A DNA stretch of 64,000 nt from contig JALHMH010000019.1 in the NCBI GenBank assembly GCA_022844165.1, positions 20,740 to 84,739 on the forward strand. The letters run 5' to 3'. The notes under the pieces were generated by a model, which was not told where the DNA came from, did not search any database, and saw only the letters and a list, made by a program, of their open reading frames with translations. Shown piece after piece: positions 9,168-19,351 of this stretch. The DNA is from Lysobacterales bacterium. Lineage in GTDB: Bacteria; Pseudomonadota; Gammaproteobacteria; Xanthomonadales; SZUA-5. Both the position numbers and the translations under genes were made by a program. The stretch's first letter is position 1. Each line of letters begins with the position of its first letter.

Positions 9168-11318
9168 TCAGTCGTCGATCAAACCGCGATTACGTAACAG
9201 CGGGTCGACGCTCGGATCCTTGCCGCGAAAGCCGCGGTAACCTTCCGACCAGTCGATGGTATTGCCGCGTGTGTACACCCAGTCTTTGAGACGGCTGGCG
9301 ACTGTGGTATCGAAGATGTCGCCCGTTTCCTCCATCGCTGCGAATCCGTCGGAATCCAGTACCTCGCTCCACAAATAGGCGTAGTAGGCGGCTGAATAGC
9401 CGCCACCAAAAACGTGGGAGAAATGCGAAGTGCGGTGACGCATCGGGATCTCTGGCATTGCACCGAGGGCTGCCAGGGCCTCGCGTTCAAACGTCTGTGG
9501 ATCGATATTTGCTGCGTCTGCAGCGCCCAGACGGTGGAAGCGATGGTCAACCAATGCCGAGGCGACAAACTCTACGGTCGCGAAACCCTGGTTGAAGGTC
9601 TCCGCATTGCGCAATTTTTCGATGAGTTCATCGCTGATGACTTCACCCGTGTCGACGTGTTTGGCGAACTCACGCAGCACCTGCGGTTGCAGCACATAGT
9701 GCTCCATGAACTGGGCCGGGAACTCGACGTAATCGCGCGGAACGGACGTGCCGGAAAGGCTTGGGTACTTCACATTGGATAGCAGGCCGTGCAGCCCGTG
9801 GCCCAATTCATGGAACAACGTCGTCGCCTCGGTCAACGAAATCAGCGCCGGTTTGCCTGCCGGTGGCTTGGGCACATTGAGGTTATTGACCACCTGCGGA
9901 CGGACATCGCCATCCAGGTTGTTCTGCGGTCGGTAATTTGCCATCCATGCGCCGCTGCGTTTGCCCTGGCGCGCGAAGGCGTCGAAATAGAACAGACCAA
10001 CATGGCTGTTTGCAGCATCGAATACTTCAAACACGCGAACGTCGGGGTGGTAAACGGGAATGTTGTTGCGTTCCTCGAAACGCACGCCGAACAGACGATT
10101 ACTCACAGAAAAGGATGCCTGCAACATGTTGTCCAGACTGAAGTACGGCGCAACAATCGCTGGGTCCAGCGCAAACCGTTCGGTACGAATTCGCTCGGCG
10201 TAATACCGCCAATCCCAGCCTTGCAGCGCGCCTTCCACGCCATCGGCATTCATCAGCTTCTGCAGGTCCTCGCGATCGCGCTTCGCTTGCGTCAGAGCGG
10301 GCGTCCAAACGCGTTCCATGAGTTGCAACGCGGCATCGGCAGTCTTGGCCATGCTGTCGGCGGTGACCAAATCGGCGTGGTTGGCAAAGCCCAAGAGTTC
10401 CGCGCGCTCCGCTCTGAGCTTCAACAGGTCACGCACGATGGCGTTATTGTCGAGCTCATTGCCGTTGTTGCCGCGACTGATAAACGCATTGTAGAAGCGT
10501 TCGCGAAGGTCGCGGCGCTTCGAATAGGTCATGAACGCTTCGTAGTCCGGGCGCTGCAGGGTGAAGACAAATTTCCCGGGTTTGTTGCGATCGCTGGCCG
10601 TTTGTCCTGCGCTCAGACGCAAGTTCTCTGGAATGCCGTCGAGATCAGCTTCGTCGAGTTCCAGGACAAAGGCTTCGGTATCTTTGAGCAGGTTCTGATT
10701 GAATTTCGTTTGCAGACTGGCTTCTTGTTCGGTCAACGCTGCGACTTTTGCGCGCGTAGCTTCATCGAGTGCTGCGCCAGCGCGTGTCATGCGTGCCAAG
10801 GTTTGATCGACCAAACGGGCGCTTTCTGCGTCCAGCGAGTCCTTTTGCATGTCCAGCGCCTTCACGCGCGCGAGCAGCTTTGCGTCCAGCAGCACGGCGT
10901 TCTGATGCGCTGCCAGCTTCGGCGCATACTCCGATTCGATTTTGCGGACATTGTCGTCGCTCAAGTTGCCCGCGTACACGCTAAAAACGGACATGACGCG
11001 GCGCAGAGGCTCAGTCGAACGTTCCAATGGCACCATCGTATTTTCGATGGTCGGTGCGTCCGCATTTGCGGTGATTGCGGCGATCGCCTGCAGTTGTCCG
11101 GACATCGCATTATCGAGGGCCGCCGGTATCTGCTCAACTTCGATGGCATCGAAAGGAATTGCGCCGAACGGTGTGCTCCAGGTCGAGTCAAAAATGCTGA
11201 CAGTGGCCTTCTGTTCCGTGGCGGCCGCTTGGTTCGCTGCGGGTGGTGTTGGCGGTGAAGATTCCGTGCAAGCAGTCAGCGCGAGTGCAATAGCGATAGG
11301 CAATAAGAGTTGGCGCAT
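9168..11318 (-). CDS. dcp: M3 family metallopeptidase (peptidyl-dipeptidase Dcp-like), lipoprotein
   Basis: Lipobox LTAC after MRQLLLPIAIALA; FHELGHGLH zinc motif; DYVEFPAQ; GYSAAYYAYLWSEVLD. Confidence 0.88.
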   Translation of the reverse strand: MRQLLLPIAIALALTACTESSPPTPPAANQAAATEQKATVSIFDSTWSTPFGAIPFDAIEVEQIPAALDNAMSGQLQAIAAITANADAPTIENTMVPLERSTEPLRRVMSVFSVYAGNLSDDNVRKIESEYAPKLAAHQNAVLLDAKLLARVKALDMQKDSLDAESARLVDQTLARMTRAGAALDEATRAKVAALTEQEASLQTKFNQNLLKDTEAFVLELDEADLDGIPENLRLSAGQTASDRNKPGKFVFTLQRPDYEAFMTYSKRRDLRERFYNAFISRGNNGNELDNNAIVRDLLKLRAERAELLGFANHADLVTADSMAKTADAALQLMERVWTPALTQAKRDREDLQKLMNADGVEGALQGWDWRYYAERIRTERFALDPAIVAPYFSLDNMLQASFSVSNRLFGVRFEERNNIPVYHPDVRVFEVFDAANSHVGLFYFDAFARQGKRSGAWMANYRPQNNLDGDVRPQVVNNLNVPKPPAGKPALISLTEATTLFHELGHGLHGLLSNVKYPSLSGTSVPRDYVEFPAQFMEHYVLQPQVLREFAKHVDTGEVISDELIEKLRNAETFNQGFATVEFVASALVDHRFHRLGAADAANIDPQTFEREALAALGAMPEIPMRHRTSHFSHVFGGGYSAAYYAYLWSEVLDSDGFAAMEETGDIFDTTVASRLKDWVYTRGNTIDWSEGYRGFRGKDPSVDPLLRNRGLIDD

Positions 11319-11390
11319 GGCATTCCAAAATGGAAGAAGGGGTGGGCGGTCATACCACTGCAATAGCCTGTATGTCTTGTGTCGGAAGGC

Positions 11391-12032
11391 CTATTGGGAT
11401 GAGGCCTGGCTCAATGCGTCAATTCGTGCACGCAACTGCGCGACTTCGTCTTCAAGTGCGCTGACGCGCGAAGCCAGGTCGTTCGTGGCAGGGTGATCGT
11501 CGCTGCGAACCGCACTCGCTGCTTTTTCTGCATAAGCCGCGCCGCACAGCAAATGCATGAAGCGCTCTTCGCGTTGCCCCGGTTGTTTGCCCAGGCGCAA
11601 GACCAGCGCCGGCGTTCGTCTGCCGAGGCGGTCCAGGGTGTCCTTGACTTGCTCGATATCGGTGAAGCGACCAATACGATCGCTACGCGCGAAGATCTCA
11701 CCGGCAGTTTGCGCGCCGCGCAACACCAAAACGCACAATACGGCGCGTTGCGGCGGGGTGATCTGGTAGACCTCGTCCATCCGATACTCGTATCGGTAGG
11801 CGCGCGATGCGTGTTGTACGCGAACCAGCTTTTTGTCCTCGAGCGTCCGCAATGCGTGGCCGACCTCGCCCAGCTCCAGGTCCATAATGGGTTCGCGACT
11901 GGTTTTCTGGTTGGCGCCAACCATGGCTGCATTTGCGGTCAGCGGGTATTGGTCAGGTGTTGTCGCCGCTTTTTCGATCAGTACACCGAGCACACGGGCT
12001 TCGGCTGGTGTGAGCAGCAGGTCTTCGGTCAT
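11391..12032 (-). CDS. YceH/DUF480 family protein
   Basis: EARVLGVLIEK..TTPDQYPLT.NA...GANQKTSREP; LRGAQTAGE; PGQREERFMHLL. Confidence 0.9.
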   Translation of the reverse strand: MTEDLLLTPAEARVLGVLIEKAATTPDQYPLTANAAMVGANQKTSREPIMDLELGEVGHALRTLEDKKLVRVQHASRAYRYEYRMDEVYQITPPQRAVLCVLVLRGAQTAGEIFARSDRIGRFTDIEQVKDTLDRLGRRTPALVLRLGKQPGQREERFMHLLCGAAYAEKAASAVRSDDHPATNDLASRVSALEDEVAQLRARIDALSQASSQ

Positions 12033-12145
12033 CGTGGAAAGGTCGCTTGAAATCGGATACTCAAGGTTAACCTATCGTGCCGTTCAGTGGTTGCTGATCA
12101 GCGATCGCGCACATGTGCAGGCTGTGGCGCGAACGGATCGGAAAT

Positions 12146-12222
12146 GCGAAGCGCGGGGTTGAGGCCGAGACGCGGTCGAACGAAGCTGGCAATGCTCGGC
12201 GGTCTGAGGCGAAACCTCGCTA
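12146..12222 (+). repeat. Dispersed intergenic repeat, copy A
   Basis: Shares GCGAAGCGCGGG...CAATGCTCGGCGGTCTGAGGCGAAnCCTCGCTA with the copy at 57491-57566. Confidence 0.85.
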
Positions 12223-12256
12223 GTATCCGTGATCGGCCCAGCGACCGGCAGACTCC

Positions 12257-13771
12257 ATGACCACGATCCGCCAAGACGACTTGATCCAGAGCATCGCCGA
12301 CGCTCTGCAATACATCAGCTACTATCATCCAGAAGATTACATCAGCAATCTGGCGGCAGCTTACGAGCGCGAAGAGTCGCCGGCTGCGCGCGACGCAATT
12401 GCGCAGATACTGATCAACTCGCGAATGTGCGCCGAAGGCCATCGGCCGATCTGTCAGGACACCGGCATCGTCACCGTGTTCCTGAAAGTCGGCATGGCCG
12501 TGCGTTGGGACGCAACCCTGTCGCTCGACGATATGGTCAATGAGGGTGTGCGTCGAGCTTATAATCATCCAGACAATAAGCTGCGCGCGAGCGTTCTGGC
12601 CGATCCGGCTGGCAAGCGCAGCAATACCAAGGACAATACGCCGGCCGTGATCAACGTATCGCTGGTCCCTGGCAACACGGTGGACGTAACGGTCGCGGCC
12701 AAGGGCGGTGGATCAGAGGCCAAGAGCAAATTCGCGATGCTCAACCCTTCCGATTCGATCGTCGACTGGGTGTTGAAAACGGTGCCAACCATGGGCGCCG
12801 GATGGTGTCCACCTGGCATGCTCGGAATCGGCATTGGTGGAACTGCCGAGAAGGCGATGCTGCTGGCGAAAGAATCGCTGATGGAGCCAATCGACATTCA
12901 AGATCTCAAAGCGCGAGGTCCGGCCAACAGGGCGGAGGAACTTCGCCTGGAGCTATACGACAAAGTCAATGCGCTTGGTATCGGTGCGCAGGGCCTGGGT
13001 GGGTTGACCACGGTGCTCGACATCAAAGTTAAGGACTATCCAACGCACGCTGCGAACTTGCCCGTGGCCATCATTCCCAATTGCGCTGCAACTCGGCACG
13101 CGCACTTTGTACTCGATGGCTCCGGGCCGGTGATGTTGGAGCCACCATCGCTCGATGCGTGGCCCAGGTTGACCTATGACACCAGCAAGGGTCGCCGCGT
13201 GAATCTTGACACGGTGACGCGTGAGGATGTGGCGAGTTTTCAGCCAGGTGAAGTGATTTTGCTTTCTGGGAAACTGCTGACTGGCCGCGATGCGGCTCAC
13301 AAGCGGATGATTGACATGCTCAATCGCGATGAGCCGTTGCCGGTGGATTTCAACGGGCGATTCATTTACTACGTCGGGCCGGTCGATCCGGTGCGCGACG
13401 AAGTGGTTGGGCCGGCGGGGCCAACAACCGCAACGCGCATGGACAAGTTCACGCGCACGCTTTTGGAAAAAACCGGATTGCTCGGAATGGTTGGCAAAGC
13501 CGAACGCGGGCCTGCGGCGATTGCCGCAATTGCTGAATTCGGCGCCGTGTATCTGATGGCCGTTGGCGGTGCGGCGTATCTGGTATCCAAGGCGATCAAA
13601 GGCGCGCGCGTTGTGGCATTCGAGGATCTTGGAATGGAAGCGATCTACGAGTTCGATGTACGCGACATGCCAGTGACAGTTGCTGTGGACAGTCGTGGTA
13701 TGTCGGTTCACGAAACTGGCCCGAAACTATGGCAGGCCCGGATCGGCAAAATCCCCGTGGTTGTGGCCTGA
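12257..13771 (+). CDS. fumA: Fumarate hydratase class I (Fe-S)
   Basis: [38 protein letters not shown] and GPTTATRMD. Confidence 0.93.
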   Translation: MTTIRQDDLIQSIADALQYISYYHPEDYISNLAAAYEREESPAARDAIAQILINSRMCAEGHRPICQDTGIVTVFLKVGMAVRWDATLSLDDMVNEGVRRAYNHPDNKLRASVLADPAGKRSNTKDNTPAVINVSLVPGNTVDVTVAAKGGGSEAKSKFAMLNPSDSIVDWVLKTVPTMGAGWCPPGMLGIGIGGTAEKAMLLAKESLMEPIDIQDLKARGPANRAEELRLELYDKVNALGIGAQGLGGLTTVLDIKVKDYPTHAANLPVAIIPNCAATRHAHFVLDGSGPVMLEPPSLDAWPRLTYDTSKGRRVNLDTVTREDVASFQPGEVILLSGKLLTGRDAAHKRMIDMLNRDEPLPVDFNGRFIYYVGPVDPVRDEVVGPAGPTTATRMDKFTRTLLEKTGLLGMVGKAERGPAAIAAIAEFGAVYLMAVGGAAYLVSKAIKGARVVAFEDLGMEAIYEFDVRDMPVTVAVDSRGMSVHETGPKLWQARIGKIPVVVA

Positions 13772-13784
13772 GCCGCGCCGCGAT

Positions 13785-14321
13785 ATGCCTGGGACTCGAT
13801 ACCGTCCGCCCGGTTCGCCGTCCACGGCAATTATTACGCCTGAGGGACAGCGCGCCCTGAAGGTCGAACTCGACGAACTCTGGCGAGTGAGACGCCCTGA
13901 GGTCGTTATCGCATTGGCTGCGGCTGCCGCAGAGGGTGATCGTTCAGAGAACGCGGAGTACACCTACCGCAAGCGGCAACTGGGTGAAATCGATCGGCGC
14001 GTGCGGTATCTGACGAGGCGCCTCGAATCGCTGCGGGTCGTGAGTGACCCACCCAGCGACATCCGTCGCGTCTATTTTGGCGCCTTTGTCGAAATCGAAT
14101 ATGTCGATACCGGCGATATCAGCCGGTTGCGTATTGTGGGTCCCGATGAGACCAGTGCTGCCAAAGGCTGGATCAGTGTCGATGCCCCATTGGCGCGGGC
14201 GCTCCTGAAGCGCGGCGTGGATGATGAGATCGAAGTTGAATTGCCCGCAGGCTTACGCCGTGTGTGCGTGTTGAGCGTTCGGTATGATCGCGCGCCGGAC
14301 GTTCTGATCGACAAGGATTGA
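13785..14321 (+). CDS. greB: Transcription elongation factor GreB
   Basis: ITPEG...[46 protein letters not shown]; start ATG 13785. Confidence 0.93.
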   Translation: MPGTRYRPPGSPSTAIITPEGQRALKVELDELWRVRRPEVVIALAAAAAEGDRSENAEYTYRKRQLGEIDRRVRYLTRRLESLRVVSDPPSDIRRVYFGAFVEIEYVDTGDISRLRIVGPDETSAAKGWISVDAPLARALLKRGVDDEIEVELPAGLRRVCVLSVRYDRAPDVLIDKD

Positions 14322-14322
14322 T

Positions 14323-14970
14323 GTGTTCGAAATATTAAAGACCGGCGGGTTCATCATGATCCCGCTGGTGCTGGCATCGGTATTGATGATCGGCATCATT
14401 CTGGAGCGCTTCTGGAGCTTGCGCGTATCGAGTGTGCTGCCGCCGAAGCTCGGCGCAGAAGTACGCCAATGGGCGCGAACCGCAAAAATCGAGAAAGAAC
14501 ATCTCGACAAACTGCGCGATAACTCGCCGTTGGGCGCCGTGCTGGCCACGGTGGTCGCTAACCGTCAGCGCTCCCGCGACATCATCAGCGACAAGGCACA
14601 AGCCACCGGGCGACAAGTGGTGCATCGGTTGTCGCGATATCTGAACACATTGGGCACCATCGCCATCATCTCGCCGCTGCTGGGGTTGCTCGGTACAGTG
14701 AGCGGCTTGATTCGCATGTTTCTGGTGATCACCACCGCTGGTATCGGAGATGCGAACGCACTCGCGGGCGGTATCGGCGAAGCGCTGGTTGCAACGGCAG
14801 CGGGGCTTTGTGTTGCCTGCGTTGGTTACTTTTTCCATCGCTACTTTAAGGGCCATGTGCAGAATTTGGCGATGGCGCTCGAAGGCGAAGCAACGATGCT
14901 TATGGATAGCCTGGAAACAGCCGAGCCTACGCCGGTCGCGGCGCCGGCGCCACAGCGGGGCGCTCGATGA
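14323..14970 (+). CDS. exbB: MotA/TolQ/ExbB proton channel protein
   Basis: Three TM segments; SPLLGLLGTV.G; GIGEALVATAAGL. Confidence 0.85.
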   Translation: MFEILKTGGFIMIPLVLASVLMIGIILERFWSLRVSSVLPPKLGAEVRQWARTAKIEKEHLDKLRDNSPLGAVLATVVANRQRSRDIISDKAQATGRQVVHRLSRYLNTLGTIAIISPLLGLLGTVSGLIRMFLVITTAGIGDANALAGGIGEALVATAAGLCVACVGYFFHRYFKGHVQNLAMALEGEATMLMDSLETAEPTPVAAPAPQRGAR

Positions 14971-15386
14971 AGTTCACCAGCGACGACAATGACGACATCG
15001 AGATCAACATGATTCCGTTGATCGACGTCATCCTCGTGCTGCTGATTTTTTTTATGGCCACAGCGACATTCGACCAGAACTCGCGAATCAAAGTTGAGCT
15101 GCCTGAGGCCTCGTCGGAGCTGAAAAGCGATCAGGCGCAACCGTTGATGATCCAGATCGACGCTGAGGGTCGTTATTTCGTCAATAACAACGAAGTTCTG
15201 AATCCGAAAATTGAAACGCTGAAGGCGGCGATTGCACAAGTTGGCGCTGATCCGGCAGACAAACCTGTCGTTCTGCGCGCGGATGCGCGGGCCGAACATC
15301 AGGCTGTTGTGACGGCAATGGACGCGCTGGCGCAACTGGGTTTTCGCAATCTGTCGATCGCAACTGTGCGTGGTTCGGGAGAATGA
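14967..15386 (+). CDS. exbD: Biopolymer transporter ExbD
   Basis: INMIPLIDVILVLLIFFM and LRADARAEHQAVV. Confidence 0.88.
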   Translation: MKFTSDDNDDIEINMIPLIDVILVLLIFFMATATFDQNSRIKVELPEASSELKSDQAQPLMIQIDAEGRYFVNNNEVLNPKIETLKAAIAQVGADPADKPVVLRADARAEHQAVVTAMDALAQLGFRNLSIATVRGSGE

Positions 15387-15486
15387 TCCCGGGAGACATC
15401 GCGGTCGCGAAAGAAGTGTGCCTTGGTAGCAATCCGCTGATCAGATCGGCGATATTAGTCGCGCCCTTCTATTCGTCTGTCATGCC

Positions 15487-15774
15487 ATGGCTCGTTGGAT
15501 CGCACTCGGATTTACGCTTCTCTGCTTCGCCTCGTGCAGCTTTATGAGCACCAATCCTTTGCGTGGCATCGTAGCGCCGCTGGGCGTTGCCGTAGGCTCG
15601 TTCGTCACGCTGTTTTTGTTTTTGCAAACGCGCGTCGAGGGTATTGCCCGGTCTGGCAACGATCTGTACTTGACGGAAATCGCCAGGCGTGCGGCGGCGC
15701 AGAAGAACCAGCAGCAGGCTGCTGAGCGTTTGGATGGCCCACCAACGGATGCTGATTCGAAACAAGCGCCATGA
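15487..15774 (+). CDS. Small hypothetical membrane protein (2 TM)
   Basis: Two hydrophobic segments and a charged tail; ATGA overlap with the next gene. Confidence 0.6.
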   Translation: MARWIALGFTLLCFASCSFMSTNPLRGIVAPLGVAVGSFVTLFLFLQTRVEGIARSGNDLYLTEIARRAAAQKNQQQAAERLDGPPTDADSKQAP

Positions 15775-16958
15775 GCGGCTGGCGCTCGCCGTTTGCGAAG
15801 GCGGTGCTGGGAGTCCTGGGTCTGGGGGTGATGGCGCTTGCTTTTTTCGGCTTCCGGCCGGATCGCGTTCGAGTTGAAACAGCAGTCGCGGAGCATCGAG
15901 CGCTGACCGAGGCATTGCGCGAAGAAGGGCGACTGCGTGTTCGGCAACGCCATACGATCGCGGCACCATTGGCGGGATATATCGGCAGGGTCGAATTGCG
16001 CCCGGGCGATCGGGTTTCGGCCGGGCAAATCGTGGCGAGCATCAGCGCTGGTGCCGGTGCACTGCTCGACCCAGCGACAGCGGGTCGCCTGCAAGCCGAT
16101 TTGGCAGCGGCGCGTGCCAATATGTCGTCCGCACGCGCGCGCGTCAGTGGTGCCCGGGCTGCAGCGGAGTTGGCGGGCGCGGAGTGGCGCCGCATTGAGC
16201 CCCTGCTTGCGCGAGGCGCGCTGGCAGCGATGGATGGCGATCGAGCGCGGGTTGCCGCAAATCGTGCCAGCGACGACTACGACGCCGCTCGTTTTGCACA
16301 CGAACTGGCGCAGGCACAGGTTGCATCGATCCAAGCAGTTCTGGACCGGCAGGGCGATCGAGGAGAACAGCCGATCGATGTGACAGCGCCGGTTGCCGGC
16401 GTGGTTTTACATCGTTGGCGCGAGAGTCAGGGGCCAGTCCAGTCCGGAGAGCGCCTGATCGATATCGGCGATCCAGGGTCGTTGGAACTGGAAGTCGATT
16501 TGTTGTCTGCGGATGCTGTTCGGGTCAGTGAAGGAATGGTTGTGCGCTTACATCGCTGGGGAGGCGAGCCCTATTTGCAGGCCAGAGTGCGTCGAGTGGA
16601 GCCGGTGGCGTTTACCAAGGTTTCGGCCTTGGGTGTGGAAGAGCAGCGCGTCTGGGTCTGGTCCGACTTGACGTCGCCCGCCGAACAGCTACGCGTTGGC
16701 GATGGATATCGTGTCGAAGCAGAGTTCGTTCTTAGTGAGGCCGATGCTTTGGTGGTGCCTGATGCTGCTCTGTTCCGCAGTGAAATCGGCTGGGCAGTGT
16801 TCGTCGTTGACGAAGGCGTTGCGAAGCTGCGTGCCGTGCGTGTTGGAAGATCGAGCGGCATCGACACCGAAATCATAGACGGTCTGCGCCCTGGCGAATC
16901 CGTCATTGTGCATCCGGATGACCGCGTCGAAGACGGCAGTCGCGTCGACGCCGCATAG
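15771..16958 (+). CDS. Efflux periplasmic adaptor subunit (HlyD/MacA-like)
   Basis: N-terminal anchor, lipoyl half-motifs (APLAGY...GDRV; APVAGVV), helical hairpin, FTKVSALGVEEQRV, GDGYRVEA. Confidence 0.88.
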   Translation: MSGWRSPFAKAVLGVLGLGVMALAFFGFRPDRVRVETAVAEHRALTEALREEGRLRVRQRHTIAAPLAGYIGRVELRPGDRVSAGQIVASISAGAGALLDPATAGRLQADLAAARANMSSARARVSGARAAAELAGAEWRRIEPLLARGALAAMDGDRARVAANRASDDYDAARFAHELAQAQVASIQAVLDRQGDRGEQPIDVTAPVAGVVLHRWRESQGPVQSGERLIDIGDPGSLELEVDLLSADAVRVSEGMVVRLHRWGGEPYLQARVRRVEPVAFTKVSALGVEEQRVWVWSDLTSPAEQLRVGDGYRVEAEFVLSEADALVVPDAALFRSEIGWAVFVVDEGVAKLRAVRVGRSSGIDTEIIDGLRPGESVIVHPDDRVEDGSRVDAA

Positions 16959-17044
16959 TAGCAATGCGATCATCGGCCGAACCCTCGCGGTTTGTGCTGT
17001 AAACGCGTAAAGTTTAAGGCTCTTTCCCCTCGACGGTGATTGTT

Positions 17045-17701
17045 ATGGCTGCTGCCAAGAAGCCGGCAAAACCGGCCCCCAAGCCATCTCGAGCCAAACC
17101 TGCCCCGGTACGCCGCGCGACCGTACCGAAGCCAATTCCTGCCAAGTTGTCAGTCCGGAGTGCACCGATGAGCGAAGCCCCTCAAGACCGTAACGTCGAT
17201 CAGATCCGCGACATTTTGTTCGGTGGTCAAATGCGCGACTACGAGCGGCGTTTTGTCGAACTGGCGCAACGATTGGAAGAGGAAAATCAGCGATTGCGTC
17301 AAGACATGGACAAGCGACTTTCGATGCTCGACAAACGCCTTGAAGCCGAGTTCGACAAGCTCGGTAAGGCCTTGAAGCAGGAGACTGCCGATCGAACCCA
17401 AGGTGTCGACGATCTTGAATCGCGGACCTTACAAGCGCAAAGAACAATGCGATCTGAGTTGCAGGGCGCTGTGAAGTCGCTGGAGAGCGATCTTTGTGCA
17501 CGCGAAGCACGGATACGCGAGGAACTGGCGGAACTCAATCAGCAGTTGGCGGATCGCGCTGTCGAACTGCGCGCTGCGCAGAGCAAGTCCGATCAAGATT
17601 TGCGTGCGGACAAAGTCGGTCGGGGTGATCTGGCTGCCCTGCTCACCGAGGTCGCGTTGCGCCTGAAGGGTGAATTTGAGTTGCCCTTGCCGCGCAAGTA
17701 A
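17045..17701 (+). CDS. Hypothetical coiled-coil protein (first gene of the small-GTPase operon)
   Basis: K/P/A-rich tail, VDQIRDILFGGQMRDYE, long heptad region. Alternative start ATG 17168 has a GGAG RBS. The stop abuts the next start. Confidence 0.75.
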   Translation: MAAAKKPAKPAPKPSRAKPAPVRRATVPKPIPAKLSVRSAPMSEAPQDRNVDQIRDILFGGQMRDYERRFVELAQRLEEENQRLRQDMDKRLSMLDKRLEAEFDKLGKALKQETADRTQGVDDLESRTLQAQRTMRSELQGAVKSLESDLCAREARIREELAELNQQLADRAVELRAAQSKSDQDLRADKVGRGDLAALLTEVALRLKGEFELPLPRK

Positions 17702-19351
17702 GTGAGCGCGTATCGGCAACTGCGTGATCTGCTGCTCGGCGAAGAGCAGCGCGAACTGCAGCGCCAACAAGCGCAGATCGCCGCATTGCGCGCGACGCAG
17801 GATAATCTCGCATCGCAATTGCCGGCTTTGATCGAAACCGCGCAGAGTGGTCCACAAAAGGCAGCCTTGCAGCGTGCGCTGAGCCCGGCTGTCGCGGCAG
17901 CGTTGGACGACAGTGTACGCCGGGCCCCACAGAGCATCGTCGATGCGTTGTTCCCGATCATTGGTCCGGCGATCCGCAAGGCGATTGCCGAAGCACTCAG
18001 GAGTTTTGTGGTCGATCTCAATCGAGCCATGGAAATGAGTTTCACACCGCGTGGGCTCAAGTGGCGGATCGAATCCTGGCGAACGGGTGTTCCCTTTGCG
18101 CAGGTCGTCATGCGGCGTACGTTGAACTACAGCATCGACCACCTGTTTCTGATCGAGCAAGACGGAGGGATCTTGCTCTATCGCTATTCGGCACCAGAAT
18201 TGGCCGATCTGGACGCCGATGCGATCGCCGGGATGTTGACGGCCATCGGGGATTTTGTTCGTGATTCTGTGCAGTCCGATCACCGCGACTCATTGGGTTC
18301 TGCGACGATTGGTGAGCACGTGCTGATCGTGAAAGAAGGGCCACGCGCAAACCTCGCGGCGTTCGTGCGCGGCGTGCCGCCACAAGCGCTGCTCGATCGG
18401 CTCGCGCAGAAACTGGAAGATCTGCACCGTGCACACGGTGCGGCGAGTAGCGCTGGCGCTCCATTCGATTGGCAGATTGAAGCTGCGCGCCAGCTCGATG
18501 TTACGGCCGCCTTGTCAGCCAGCGCGGAAACTGCGCGCTCGCCTCTGCCGCGCTGGCCATTTTTCGTTTTGTTTCTGCTGCTGGCGGCAGGTGTTGCGGC
18601 ACTTGCCTGGTCAACTTTGCGGGAGCAAGAAGACCGTAGGCGTATCGAAGCGCTGGTCGGCCTGGAACCTGGTTGGCAAATGTTGTCACTAAGGCGCGAC
18701 GATGGCTGGCGGCTCAGGTTGTTGCGCGATCCAGACTCACGCTCGACCAGCGACCTGGAGCAGCGCACAGGTGCAGAGGTCAAAGTGGAGGAAAGCCCTT
18801 TTTTGAGCCTGGACGACGTGTCGGTCGCCACGCGCGCAAAACGCGCCTTAGCCCTGCCTGAGGATGTCCATTTGGCAGTCGTCGACGGTACGATGACTTT
18901 GTCCGGTCGCGTCGAGAACGCGTGGGCCGAACGCTATTTGCCGTTGGCGGCGACGCTGGCTGGCGTGCGACGGGTTGTAAATGAGCTTCAGATTGAGCTC
19001 TCCGATTTTGAGAAGCTCATGCAACTCAAACGGCAATTGGAACGGGGCGGATTAAGTTTCCCAAGGGGAGGGGTCGAGGTCGACGCCAATACCCGCGCAA
19101 AATTGAGCGCCGATGTTGCTGAGCTGCTGAGGCTGGCGGCGAAGCTGGACATCGCGCTGACTGCGACGGTCGCAGGTCGCAGCGACGAAGGTGGAAGTGT
19201 GGCGCGCAACCTCAGGCTGCGTGCCGAGCGCGCCAAAATACTGCATGATCTCCTCGTCGAGTCAGGGATGTCCGCTGATCGTATTCTGTACAACGCTGAC
19301 GATCCGCGGCCGGCGGCTCCGTTTGCCAATATGCGATGGGAGATTCAGTGA
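17702..19351 (+). CDS. Membrane protein: coiled coil + putative longin-like domain + TM + BON-like + OmpA-like C-terminal domain
   Basis: TM WPFFVLFLLLAAGVAALAW; BON-like VHLAVVDGTMTLSGRV...GVRRVVN; OmpA_C-like GRSDEGGSVARNLRLRAERA; cytoplasmic LFLIEQDGGILL...DADAIAGMLTAIGDF. Confidence 0.75.
   Translation: MSAYRQLRDLLLGEEQRELQRQQAQIAALRATQDNLASQLPALIETAQSGPQKAALQRALSPAVAAALDDSVRRAPQSIVDALFPIIGPAIRKAIAEALRSFVVDLNRAMEMSFTPRGLKWRIESWRTGVPFAQVVMRRTLNYSIDHLFLIEQDGGILLYRYSAPELADLDADAIAGMLTAIGDFVRDSVQSDHRDSLGSATIGEHVLIVKEGPRANLAAFVRGVPPQALLDRLAQKLEDLHRAHGAASSAGAPFDWQIEAARQLDVTAALSASAETARSPLPRWPFFVLFLLLAAGVAALAWSTLREQEDRRRIEALVGLEPGWQMLSLRRDDGWRLRLLRDPDSRSTSDLEQRTGAEVKVEESPFLSLDDVSVATRAKRALALPEDVHLAVVDGTMTLSGRVENAWAERYLPLAATLAGVRRVVNELQIELSDFEKLMQLKRQLERGGLSFPRGGVEVDANTRAKLSADVAELLRLAAKLDIALTATVAGRSDEGGSVARNLRLRAERAKILHDLLVESGMSADRILYNADDPRPAAPFANMRWEIQ

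Noticed and set aside
9789-11258. 489-aa plus-strand ORF, and similar long antisense ORFs (6933-7940, 57654-58787, 56406-57434, 54823-55782)
   Set aside because: Antisense shadows of well-supported genes in GC-rich DNA; no recognisable motifs.
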